From Lophium mytilinum (Eukaryota): DNA of 64,000 bases. Location of the stretch: assembly GCA_010093605.1 (NCBI GenBank), contig MU004183.1:186001-250000 (forward strand), read 5' to 3'. A program made the translations under genes and the position numbers. Of the stretch, positions 1 to 11,142 are shown one piece after another (the first letter of the stretch is position 1; each line of letters opens with the position of its first letter). Below the pieces are notes generated by a model. It saw only the letters and a list, made by a program, of their open reading frames with translations, was not told where the DNA came from and did no database searches.

Positions 1-150
1 CGGAGATGTGGTCATGTGGGGGTTTTGTATTTCGGAGATTATGGGAAAGAGGATAGTAGATATTAGGTTCATTCCTGGCGTACTTAGTCTAGTCTACTAA
101 AAGCGTGAGGGTTATAAGTGACTAGCTATAATATCGAGTTTAAGCACTAT

Positions 151-378
151 CAAAAAGTCAAAGTTCAGCATGTCAAAGTTTGCATTTCGACTCGGTGCTC
201 CACGGTTTCCCTAGAACCTTCCTTTCTAGGACTCGCACGTGACCTTTGTCAAAGTTCAACATTGTCAAAACGTCGAAGTTCGGCATGTCGAAGTTTGTAG
301 TTTGACTCCGTGCTCCACGGTTTCCTAGAACCTTCCCTTTTTGGACTTGCACGTGACCTCTGTCAAAGTTCAGCACTG
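151..378. repeat. Imperfect tandem duplication, 2 x ~115 bp (array A)
   Basis: 151-265 aligns with 266-378: TGTC(A/G)AAGTTTG...GTGCTCCACGGTTTCC(C)TAGAACCTTCC...GCACGTGACCT(T/C)TGTCAAAGTTCA. An internal GTC(A/G)AAGTT sub-repeat is also present. Confidence 0.85.
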
Positions 379-841
379 TTAACTGGATTGCCTCTTCGCT
401 AAATGGCTGCTCAGCAGCCTGACAACCCCCTACAGCGGTGTCGAGTGAGCTAAAGCAGGATGATAGGTGTCAGATTCGTGTGCCTAGACTTATGGGCTAG
501 TACTATAGACTAGTTCACTACGTGCGAGACGGCAAGATGATAGTTAGGCTCAGGAGATACTTGTCACATAAGTAACGAGCAGGAGGCCAATGTGGCATAG
601 TAGACACAGTGATTCATTGTAACTACCCTATTCCCCTCTGTCCCTCAGAGCAGAGCAGGAGCACATACATGTTTGGTATCAGGCCATGAACCAACACGTC
701 CTCCTCTAATCTTGGCTAGCTCGCCACCTGAAGTTATCGTAGAACCCAGCACATCCCACCGGTCATTCTCCGAATTCCCCAGAAAACAACAAAAGAGATT
801 CATTTTACACATCCTCACCGGCCATCCCAGAAGCTAAATCC

Positions 842-3733
842 CTAGGGTCTATACTGCTGCGGAGGCGGCGGCTGTTGGTACGGATTATTCGACGCCGCAC
901 CCCCCTGCCCCGTCATCCGCGGCGCCTGAACCGGCCGCTGCATACTCACCGCAAACGCGTTGTTCTGCGGAACAGGACGCCTCGACGTGCTCGACACCTC
1001 GCTCTGGTAGTCGTCAGACGTAACCGACGGCGACAGCACGGGAGCAGGCGCGTAGTCGTATCGCCCCACCGGCGGCGACTGCTGCTGCGACTGCTGCGGA
1101 GTGATGGGGATCGGGATGGGCGGCATGCCTTGCCTGGGTTGTTGGTAGACCGGGCCCTGCTTGCGCTTTCCCCTACTGCTCTCCTTGCGAAGCAGCCCGC
1201 GGATTTCTTCGAAGTCGGGGTGTTCTGCGCTGGGGCGGCCGAGGGTGCTCACGTCGTCGCGTGCTTCCCACGCATCGTCGCGCGCGTCGGTAGCTCCTGG
1301 ATTGCGGGAGTTCAGATTGCCGGCTGCGCTGTTCTCGGCCGGTGCGGCTGCAGCTGCGAGGTAGTCTGAGCCGCTCGACTTGCCCTTGTCTTGGCTATCG
1401 GGGGACTCTGGTTTCTTGGCCGGGAAAAGGCGCTTGGCATCCTTGTCTTCGTTGTACTTCTCCCGCGCGTGGATAGCTTCCTCGGGAGAGATGGCGACGG
1501 ACCAAGAGGGCTTGCCGTACTCCCCTAGCCCGGCGTCGCTGCCGCCAGGACCGTAGATGGGGACCTTGCGGAGGGCGAGGACGAGGGCGCACATGAACTT
1601 CGATCGGCGGGCAGAGCGCACGACCTCGTTGGCCCAGTTGCTCTTGTGCCTTATCTCGACGCGGAGCTCTAGCTTGTTCATCTCCGCGATGCCGACAACT
1701 TCGACTTCGATCTCGGGCTGGAAGTCGCGGCTGTTTTCTTTGTCGGTGACGAAGGATTGGAGTTCGTTCTTCAGGGCCTTGATGTCCTCGAATGTGGTGT
1801 CGAAGTTGACAAACATGGCAACTTGCTCGCGCATGGCTTTACTACGGCTAACGTTCTCGATCCAGACGCCGTTCAAGGTGATGTTGGGAATTTGAACCAT
1901 CTTGCCGGTGGCGACGCGCTTGAAGACGGTGAAGAGGAGCGAGATGTGCTCGACGGTGAACTGGTCGGTTCCGATGTCGATGCGGTCGCCGATGTCGAAG
2001 GGGTGCTTGACGAAGAGGAAAATGCAGGAACCTAGGACTTCTTGACAGGTGGCTGCAAAGACGAAGGAGAGGGAGAGAAGCGCAGTCGCCGAGGTAGCCA
2101 AGGTTGTGACGAAGCTTGCATTGAGGAAGGCAACTTATTTCGATTAGCAGGTGCTATAAATCAGCAATAGGAAGGCTTACTGAAGACGAATATGCAGATA
2201 AGGAACACAACTGCAGACAATAGGCCATCGAGAACGTTGATAGCCTGGTCTACATCATGCATGCTAGTAGCGATTGACTTCCTCTCGCGACCATACTCAG
2301 TGACTGTTAGGATCATCTCGTCAAGACTGATGTCGCCGTTCCCGTCACGATCGAGGGCAGCGAAGGACTCCTCGGCTTCGGACTGGCGTCCGTTGCCAAG
2401 GACTTCGACGATGTCTTCTTCATACAGCTCGTTCTTCCCTTCCACGACGAAAGACATCCATATACGTTTTGCCAAAGCTTCAGCAGACCGCTTCTTCTCC
2501 AGAGCTTCGATTACGATCGAGTGAGCCGAGTTCGGGTTGAAGACCTTCTTGCCGGTAACCTCGTGTGCGATGTGGCCAAAAGCGGAGGTGACCTTGTCAC
2601 CGAATCTGCCCACATCTTGAAGCAGCCTCATAGGAGTTGCGGACCCAGATCGGGCATGGGTGCCTTTCTTGCTTCCTAAGCCGAGCTGCAATGAATCTTG
2701 GATGATGTAGTCCTCCTCAGCAAAGTCATTGCCATAAGCAGGAAACAGAGAGACCGATGCGTCGTAGAGAAGGCTCAGAAGGTAGATATTGTGTTTGGAG
2801 TCCTTGATCTTGGAATCGAACTGCTTGCGGTGGTAGTTGATGCTGATGAGCTGAATAAGAAGGCGCTCTCCAAGGAGGATGCAGGCGCTGATCAAGCATG
2901 CGACGAGAATCTGGCGCACGATAGTTTGCCAGTGTTCCACATTTCCCTTATGTTCGCCACGAGCGGTTGGTACTGAATGAGTGACCTGATACAGTTAGTC
3001 GCTGCTGTATGGTATGAAGATGCGCGAACTTACTGGGATGAAGGTCGCCAGCGAAACAATAGCCCAACCAACTATAGAGAGAGGAATCTCCAGTGATTTG
3101 AGTATCAATGCGTATTTGCGAACGCCAGCGCTGACCACGCCGATAACAAACTCGAATATGTTGGGTAGGAAGTGAGCAACGATCTTCGAGATCCACAAGC
3201 TCAGCCATACTAGCCATATGTCAGTCAAATTCTGTCTCAATATCTCTTGCCTTCGCTTTCTTACCAATTTCAAGCCACGTAAAGATCCACACAATCCTGA
3301 CCTTGCCAATCGTCGATGTGTTCGCGACCGTGGCACCAACAATGATGGGAACCGCAAGGCAAAGAGCCAGCGGGAGGACATAGATGAAATAACGAGTGAC
3401 AATGCTGAAGTTGAGGATCTTCTCGTATATGCGACCCATGCGGTTCAACGCCGTGTCCTCCTCAGCAGATCCAGGACGAGTGCCGGCGCCCGTCTTGGAG
3501 TCGAGAGTCTTGAGGCGCCTCCTGCCATGAGGACTACGGTGGAACATGCCGCTCTTCTCGGTCATGGAGTCGTCCTGCACAGTGCGAGCGTGCGAGGGGG
3601 TATGGCTGACGACAGTCTCGAGGGGGATGCTCTCCATGGTAGCCATGTTCGCGTTGTTCGCCGAAGTGGATTGGTGGTCCAGAGGCTGGAACCCTTGTCG
3701 AGAGAATCGGTGCGGGTTCGGGGAGGTTGACAT
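842..3733 (-). CDS. MscS-family mechanosensitive channel with EF-hand (Msy1/Msy2-like), 4 exons
   Basis: Exons 3733-3265, 3209-3034, 2985-2181, 2133-842 join in frame via GT-AG introns. The protein has several TM segments, an EF-hand (DRDGNGDISLDEM) and the MscS motif FLFVKHPFDIGDRI...QIPN. Confidence 0.9.
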
Positions 3734-5558
3734 TGAGATGCGCGCAGCGAGGGTGCCACAGAGGCGCGTGTGAAACCGGGGTGGTCGTGTATCGTCACTG
3801 GAGACAGTGGCACAGTGGTGAAGCTGTGGGTTGGAGGCAGGGGCCGGAATGTCGATTCTCAGGAATGATCCGCGGCCGTTGGACGCAACGAGTGTGAAAA
3901 GAAGGTGGGAGAGACAGCGATTGAACGGAGGCCTGCCGTCAATTCAGGAGGAGCAAAGGGAAGAAAGAGCAAGGAAAGAGAGGCAGAGGCCAGCACGTCG
4001 AGCACTTCGAAGTTGGTGGTGGAGGAAGAGAAGGAGGATTGAAAAGGAGCGACTGATGTTTCTCGTAATTCGTAGACGGACTGGGCAGTCTAAGGACTCC
4101 TGCGCCAGAGCTGCACAGAATGGCGTGGAGGACAGTACCCGGTTATTTCACAGCATGGATAGTCCCTGAGATGCAGGAACGGCGACGCCACAGAGATCTG
4201 AAACGCGCTTGGACGAGCGGCAGGGCGAATGACGGCTGCCGGCTCCCCTCGCTCTCCACAGCTCCACGCCGCCCTGCGTAACTGGCTGCGAAAATCTCGA
4301 CCGCTAATTACTCAACTGTTTCTCCTTTCAGCCCTCAAGGGCCCTTCATCAAGCCCTTCACACCTTTGTAACAGCCGCGGTGAAGTCACGAGCTGAGCAC
4401 AACACTCCAACACGCGGCTAGTCTTGATACGAGGTTCGGGATTGAAGAAAGTCCCCTGCATCGCATCTCCGGACTCAGCCCCATCTGCAAAGCCTCACCT
4501 TGACAGGAAGGAACACAATCCTACAAACTCTCCTGAGAGCAACATTCACTACTAATAGACGACTGCTGCATAGTCAGGTGATACGCGACCTTCTCTCGGC
4601 TCAAACCTGATCTGACCAAAGTCCATCTCCGCTTTCCAAAGCAAACCCCCAGTTTCGAGCCTCTCCAGCCTGTACCACCGTGACACTGCCAAGGCCTTTG
4701 TGCAACCTTGAACACTGTGTTCCAGGCGGCATACCTGAGGCTGGGGAGACAGGCCAACGCTCAGCGTCCGTGTTAGGCAGCGAGGCAGCAGGCTAGTGAC
4801 CATCAAATTCAGCCTTCTCTTTCCATAGGCAAAAGGCAACATCATCTAGTTCTGTCCGGAGGACACAGACCGCTCAGGAGTTTCACTCCTCAATCTTGTG
4901 TGACTCGTCATATCCCATCGTCCGGTAATAATGGTACGACGTTATCGATAAGGCTGCATCCAATCAAAGCCGGTTGCACTGTGTTGTACGCAGAGGGCAC
5001 ATCTGAGAATGATGTTCGGGCCCAAGCGTTGCACCTTACCGGACGATGGGATATAAGTTGTTCTCTCATGCATATCCTAAAATGTCTACACCCTCCAAAT
5101 TATCTACTATGCATCTTCGCGTTGCAAAATCTCGAGCCACGTACGGCTCCTAGACGCATGCCGTGGTTGGCGTGCAGTTGACTGTTAGGGTGAAGTAGGA
5201 CACTGGCAGCTGATGAGAGATTTTCTTTTGATTTGTTACGCAGCATTTACGGAATATACGAACTATCATATGTGCCAAGGTGCTGTAGACCTACCGTCAT
5301 GTTCCAAAAGGTAGTTCTTCTGATGTTTCGCTTCTTATCTGCCTAATCTTGGACATCGGTTGAGTTTTGCGCTGGCCAAGGCAGACTGCATTAACGAAAG
5401 AAAGTCGATTGGTGCATCGCGCATGAGAGGCGCACATGCACTCTGCACTGCCTTGGAGTTGCGGCGCAGCACTCAGCTTTGAATTAAAACACCTCGAACC
5501 CTCCACACCTCTAGAGCATCACGTTTCTCGCTAGATTCGTGCCATAATTTTGGCCATC

Positions 5559-8500
5559 ATGGCCGAAGCCATCGGCCTCGTTGCGAACATTATCGCTGTC
5601 ATACAAATCTCCGAAACCGTTATCAAAGTCTGCAAATTCTACATCGAAAGCTTGCACGATGCGCCATCAGACCTTCGCGCAATTCTCATCGAAACGTCGG
5701 CCTTGAAAACGATCTTGGAGAACTTGCAGTTTCTTCTGAAGTGCGGAGGTGGCGATGGACTGTCAAAGATGCTTGATACGTACAACCTGTTTGGTGTCGA
5801 AGGCCCAATTGAAGGGTGTCAAAGGACGGTCGGCAAGATAGAAAGGCTGTTTCCAACTCCGACTAGCAGTAGTTCGAAGATCAGAAGTGCATATGCGGCT
5901 TTGGGTTGGCCGCTAAAAGAAAGCAAAGCGAGAAAGCTACTTACGGAGTTGGTTCAATATAAAACGACGATCAATTTGGCGATCGACACGGACTCTAGGT
6001 AAGAAGTCTTGTCCTCTCCGCTCTCTGGTATGCCTGAGCTTTGATCCTAGGGGTTCTTCGGCTTCCCCTTTGGTGATCATATGTACATACCAAATCAGGC
6101 TGACTTTTAGGTAGCCAAGACATCAAAGAGATCAAGAAAAAAACTATAGAAATGCATGCAATTCTCACAGGTAGGTATTACCCTCTTATCTTGGCTTACT
6201 CTCTTTCTTACCTTTCATTGAAGAAAGTCAGCGGAATGAAATATACCAGTGGCTCAGTACCACTGACCCATCTCCTCTGCATCATCGAGCTATGGACCAA
6301 TACGAGCCCCAGACCGGTGACTGGATGTTGCGGTCCCCAGAATGGAGAGACTGGATCGACGGCAAAAATCGATGTCTGTGGATACACGGAATTCCCGGAG
6401 CTGGAAAGACTGTCCTGGTCTCACACCTCATCGAGAACGTCAAATATCTTTGCCAGAACAGACGCACTAAAAGGTGTACTTACGCCTACTACTATTGCTA
6501 CTTCGGCCACAACCAGGATGAAGCAGCGCCATTCCTTCGATGGGCACTGAATCGTCTGTGTCGCGAGGCTGAAACCATACCCGCGGCCATCTACAACATT
6601 GTCAGAAAAGGTGAACAGCCAAGCGTTGTCGATCTTTTGAACGCTCTGGAATCGGTTCTGGATGAATTCGATATGGTTTACCTCTTTCTTGATGCTATCG
6701 ATGAGAGTATGCCTCGAAAGGACCTACTTAAAGTCCTTCGGGATCTTTCAACCGACTCAAGATTCGAGAAGATTCAGCTCCTAGCAACTAGCAGGCAGTA
6801 CCTTGACATTGAAGAAACCATGCAGGACATCTCAGTACCAGTATCCATGTCAAACCCGCTCCTCGATGAAGACATACGATTGTACGTCCGCGCCAGGGTG
6901 GACACCCACCCAAGACTCAAGGGTTGGTCTGTACAGATACGGGACGAGGTGGTGGAAGCTCTTTCCAATGGAGCGAAGGGAATGTGGGTTTACTTTCTCA
7001 TCATTGCTGCACCCACTGGGGGATTTCGTTAAGTATTCAATCTAATTCTTGGCATAGGTTCCGCTGGGCCGTTTGTCAGATTGATGCGCTACAACGCCTG
7101 AAACCTCAAAGCCACATCGTAAGGAATGCTCTGAAAAACCTACCTAGGACACTGGACGAGACTTACGAAAGAATATTTATGGTCGTACCAAACGAAGATC
7201 GCCTACTCGTGCGTTTTGCGCTACAATGGATCTGGTTCCATAAATGGTTACGAAGAAATGACATTTCCGTCCACTTACTTCTTCAAGCTATCGAACATTG
7301 CATCCTGGAATCCGATCCTTCGAAGATGGAATTGTGTTACAATCAAGACGCACTCCGCGACATTTGCGGATGTCTGATTATGGTGACAAAATCAAGATCA
7401 AGAAGATCAGATTCAGAAGACTCATATGACACCGTGTCATTTGCACATTACACTGTTAAGGAATTTCTAGATTCCTCCCGGATTCTAACATCCCCCGCAA
7501 ACTTCTTCGCGATGAAGGAAAAAGATACAAAACTTGCGTTGATGCGAGCCACCCTCCTGGAGGTAACTCGCAACCCAGAGTATGATACATGGAGGGTATT
7601 CGTTAAGCCCGAGCGTGCTCACTTTCGCGAGTTCAACCCGTTCTGCAATGTCGCCGTTATGTGGTATCTAGAAAACAACGGCGAAGACCTAGCCGAAGAT
7701 ACAAGCCTACTTGATTTGATATCCAAGCTGCTGGATACCTCACAGCCTCATTTCCAGAGATTTGCCAACATCTTGGAGAATTATGAAAGCACTAATGGCG
7801 CCACCTTCACGAACGGAAGCTTTGATTTCTGGGACATCAAATGGAACAATCCCCCAAGCACCAGTGGGGTCGCACCCCTACTGAGTCTACTAACTTGGTT
7901 TGGCGGACTCAGGGACAAAGATACAATAGCAAGTGTCACCGAGGTTGCGAAAAAGATACTGGAAAAGATTGACACCAGAGCGTTATCAGAAAGCGTCGTT
8001 GATATTCGAAACACCAAAATCGAGCAAAACCCGTCGAATGACGCCTTTCGGGGGTCGATCGTTGAGTACCTCGCACGTCGTGGTTATGTTGAGTCATACT
8101 ACGGGGCACACAAGGCTTTTTGGTTTTTGATGGAGCACGCGGCTGACTTCATCGACCCTTCAAAGACTCTTCTGGCTCTTCTCGCGTCGCACATTCAGTG
8201 TTCCGCCCACCATTGGGGCGATGGTAGCTCAGAAAAATGCCCATTAGCACGCATGCTCAAATTGGGAGCGAGCGCAAATGCCCCAGGATACAAAGTCACC
8301 CCTTTACAGATTGCTGTCAAATGTCGGGATTTCAACGGTGTCAAATTCCTGCTCGAGGCGGGAGCAGATGTAAACGGCACCGGGGACTGTGAAGGGGTGG
8401 AGTGGAACGCGGATAGTTATTTGAGCATTTTCAACCATCTACATGGTATGCGACCACTCGAGATAGTCCGACCGGTTGAAATATTGAGCACCACTGTGGA

Positions 8501-8624
8501 TGGGTTTTCCGCGGCAAGAGGATGTTGGAACGTAGAACTTGAAACAAAGATACAGCAAATCCTCATCCAGTATGGAGCAACAAGCGACATTCCCGCTACA
8601 ACAACGAAATCGGCCACCTTCTGA
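5559..8624 (+). CDS. Fungal NLR-like STAND protein: HeLo-like/SesA-type N-terminus, NACHT, C-terminal ankyrin; 4 exons
   Basis: Exons 5559-5998, 6115-6170, 6224-6983, 7058-8624. N-terminus MAEAIGLVANIIAVIQ...ALGWPLKE; Walker A WIHGIPGAGKT; Walker B LFLDAIDE; GMFRWAVCQ and LPRTLDETY motifs; FAHYTVKEFL winged-helix motif; ankyrin TPLQIAV...FLLEAGADVN. Confidence 0.88.
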
Positions 8625-9780
8625 CGAACGGAAGTAATGCTGCCCACAGCACTCCTGACAGCGGTGTCAAAAGAGCAAGGATACAGCCAGAGCCGTAGCA
8701 TATTCATGTGCTTGGAATCACAGCTTCAGATACAATTGCAAAAGTCGACCCCGTAGAAACTAGCCTACCTTTTGCAGAACCAAAGTGAATTTTCCCAGGG
8801 TACTCTTGACGGTGCTATTACAAGGATAATAGTAAAGCTAAAGCCCGTCTATATCTATTTATCTAAAAATATAACCTGAAATACAATTGCAAAAGTCGAC
8901 CCCGCGGAAATTAGCCTACCTTTTACTGGACCTAAGTAACGTTTTCCAGGGCACTCCTAACAGCACTATTACAACAACAATATTAACGCTAAAGCCCGGC
9001 TATATCTATATGTCTGAAAATATGGCTTGAAATACAATGCTAACATCAATACCGTGGAACCTAGCCTACCTTTGAACAGAGCGAGGTAATACTGCGCTCG
9101 GCTCTCCTTACAGCGCTATCACGAGAGCAATAGTAAAGCCATAGCCCCGCGGTAACTACCATGCAAAGGTCGACCCCGTGGAAACCAGCCTACCTTTTGG
9201 CAGACTAAAGTATTGCTACTCAGGGCACCCCTTGCAGTGGCATCAAGAGAGCAGGGCTGAAGCCAAGGCGCTGGTGTATCCACGTGTCTAAAACTAAGAC
9301 TAAAAAGATAACATAAAAGCCAACCCAGCGGAAACCAGCCAACCTTTTAATGGATTGAAGTTATGTTACCTAGGGCACTCCTAACATTGCTATTAAGAGA
9401 GTAGAATGCGAAGCCAAAGGTCGTAATATATCAGTACTATAAACACCAACACGCTAGATCAGCATTACACTTCATGCAAAGGTCGACCCTATGGGAATTA
9501 GACCACCTTTTGAATGACTAAAGTTATGTTACCTAGGGCCCTCCTTACAGTGGCGTCGGAAGAGCAAGGGTAAAGCTCGAGGCCGAGATACCTTAGTACT
9601 ATTAACATTGCCACGCTAAAACAGCATTGAACTCGATGCAAAAGTCAACCCAATAGAAATTAGACAACCTCTTAATAGGCTAAAGTCGTGTTGCCTATGG
9701 CTCTCCCTTAGAGTGGCATCAAGAGAGCAAGAGATAAAGCCAGAGGCCACGATACACCAGCACTGTAAACACCACCACCC
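8604..9780. repeat. Degenerate tandem array, ~8 units of 124-163 bp (array B)
   Basis: Core TGCAAA(A/G)GTCGACCCCGTGGAAACTAGCCTACCTTTT...AGGGCACTCCT.ACAG recurs with its GTCGAC-equivalent at 8744, 8895, 9045, 9169, 9319, 9482, 9644, plus a partial first unit from ~8606. Confidence 0.9.
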
Positions 9781-11142
9781 CCAATCAGCCTCACACTCAC
9801 GCAATCACATCCAAAGCGAAAGAAATGTAGAAGTAGGCAACATGCCCACACGGGTATTTTTTTTAAAGCTCCTGCTTCCGCAATATAAGGGGTAGTGTAG
9901 TGTGGTCCTCATTTTCCGCCCAACAACCACTCCCACTACCGAAGGCTACCAACAGCGCCTCTCGCTCGCTTTTTGAAGCACCTCAACCCGCTTTGCAAGA
10001 AAGCCAAGTCCGGTCCAGCAAGAAGCAAAAATCAGCCCTCCCAGGAAAAAGAAAACCAAACCCCCACCCAAGTCTCCGCGCAGAAAATGCCATTAATTAC
10101 AACCAGGAGCTACCGAACGGAACCCCCGCAAAAAGGCCGCCTCCGATTTGAGAGCAGCCGAGGGCATAGGAAACCAGAAGCAAGTCGTAAAAAACGCCAT
10201 CCGTTGGCTGAACAAGAGGTGTGCAAGGAAAGAAGAGAAAGAAAAGGGAATAACCGTACCAGATCCGAATGTGTTTTAGTCATCTCAACCTCGCTGGCTC
10301 AGCGAAGGTGACTGTGCTGTGCAGGAATCGTGTGTCGAAGCAAAAAAAAGAGAAAAAGTAGGCGGCCGCTCCGCAACGAATTGCATGTCGCGGCGGCAAG
10401 AAACGCAACCAAGGAAATGTGTTGCCCCAGATATGCAGAGCAAAGAAAAACCGCAAAATGTGACCCGAATGTCGTGTTCGCAAAAGGGCCGTCGTGAAGA
10501 AAGCCCTACGCGTGCCCCATGTGCCGCTGGCATACACCTAAAAGGCTTTCGAAGCGAAAGAAAAGTCGCATACCGCTTGCCTCAATGTTAACACCAAAAT
10601 CAATGGACTCCGGAATCCCCTCGCATTTCGCTTTCCGGTGCTCCCTGCCAAAACCCACATTCTAATGAGACGCAAGGGGAATAGTAAACAAAAATCAAAA
10701 CCCGCAAGGAAAAACACTAGGAAATCTACAATGCAGTATGAAACTTACGTAAGGAAAAAGTTTTTCCCCCGGTCCGGTGGGTTTCGAATATGTATTCGAA
10801 ATAGCGACAGAGAAGTGAATAGCGTACCGATTCGTGCCTTAAGCTTTTCATCTAGCTCCCTATTGCGAAAGATCGCAGAGAGCAGAAAGAGCTTTGTCGA
10901 CAGAACCGTTAGCATGAACCGATTGAAAACCTATCATAATCGAAAATCGAGAGAAACCGCCGGGCTAATGCCAAAATTTGCAACCGATAGAAACTTTTGG
11001 AAGGGAAGGGTTATGTGACCAATAGCAAGCGAAGTTGCTGAGTCGAATGCAGACGGCATATGTCAACAGTCTCGGAAGGGCCATTCGGGTCTCCGCAGAA
11101 CGTGTTCATCCACGGTAGAAAGCACACCGACTATTAGCATGG

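Noticed and set aside
421..460. ACAGCGGTGTC at 432 resembling array B unit 1 (8659)
   Set aside because: A single short match without flanking alignment; compatible with chance.
8604..9780. Array B as decayed ankyrin/WD40/TPR repeats of the NLR
   Set aside because: Periods of 150-163 bp do not match those repeat lengths, several are not multiples of 3, and no repeat-protein motif is visible in the ORF track.
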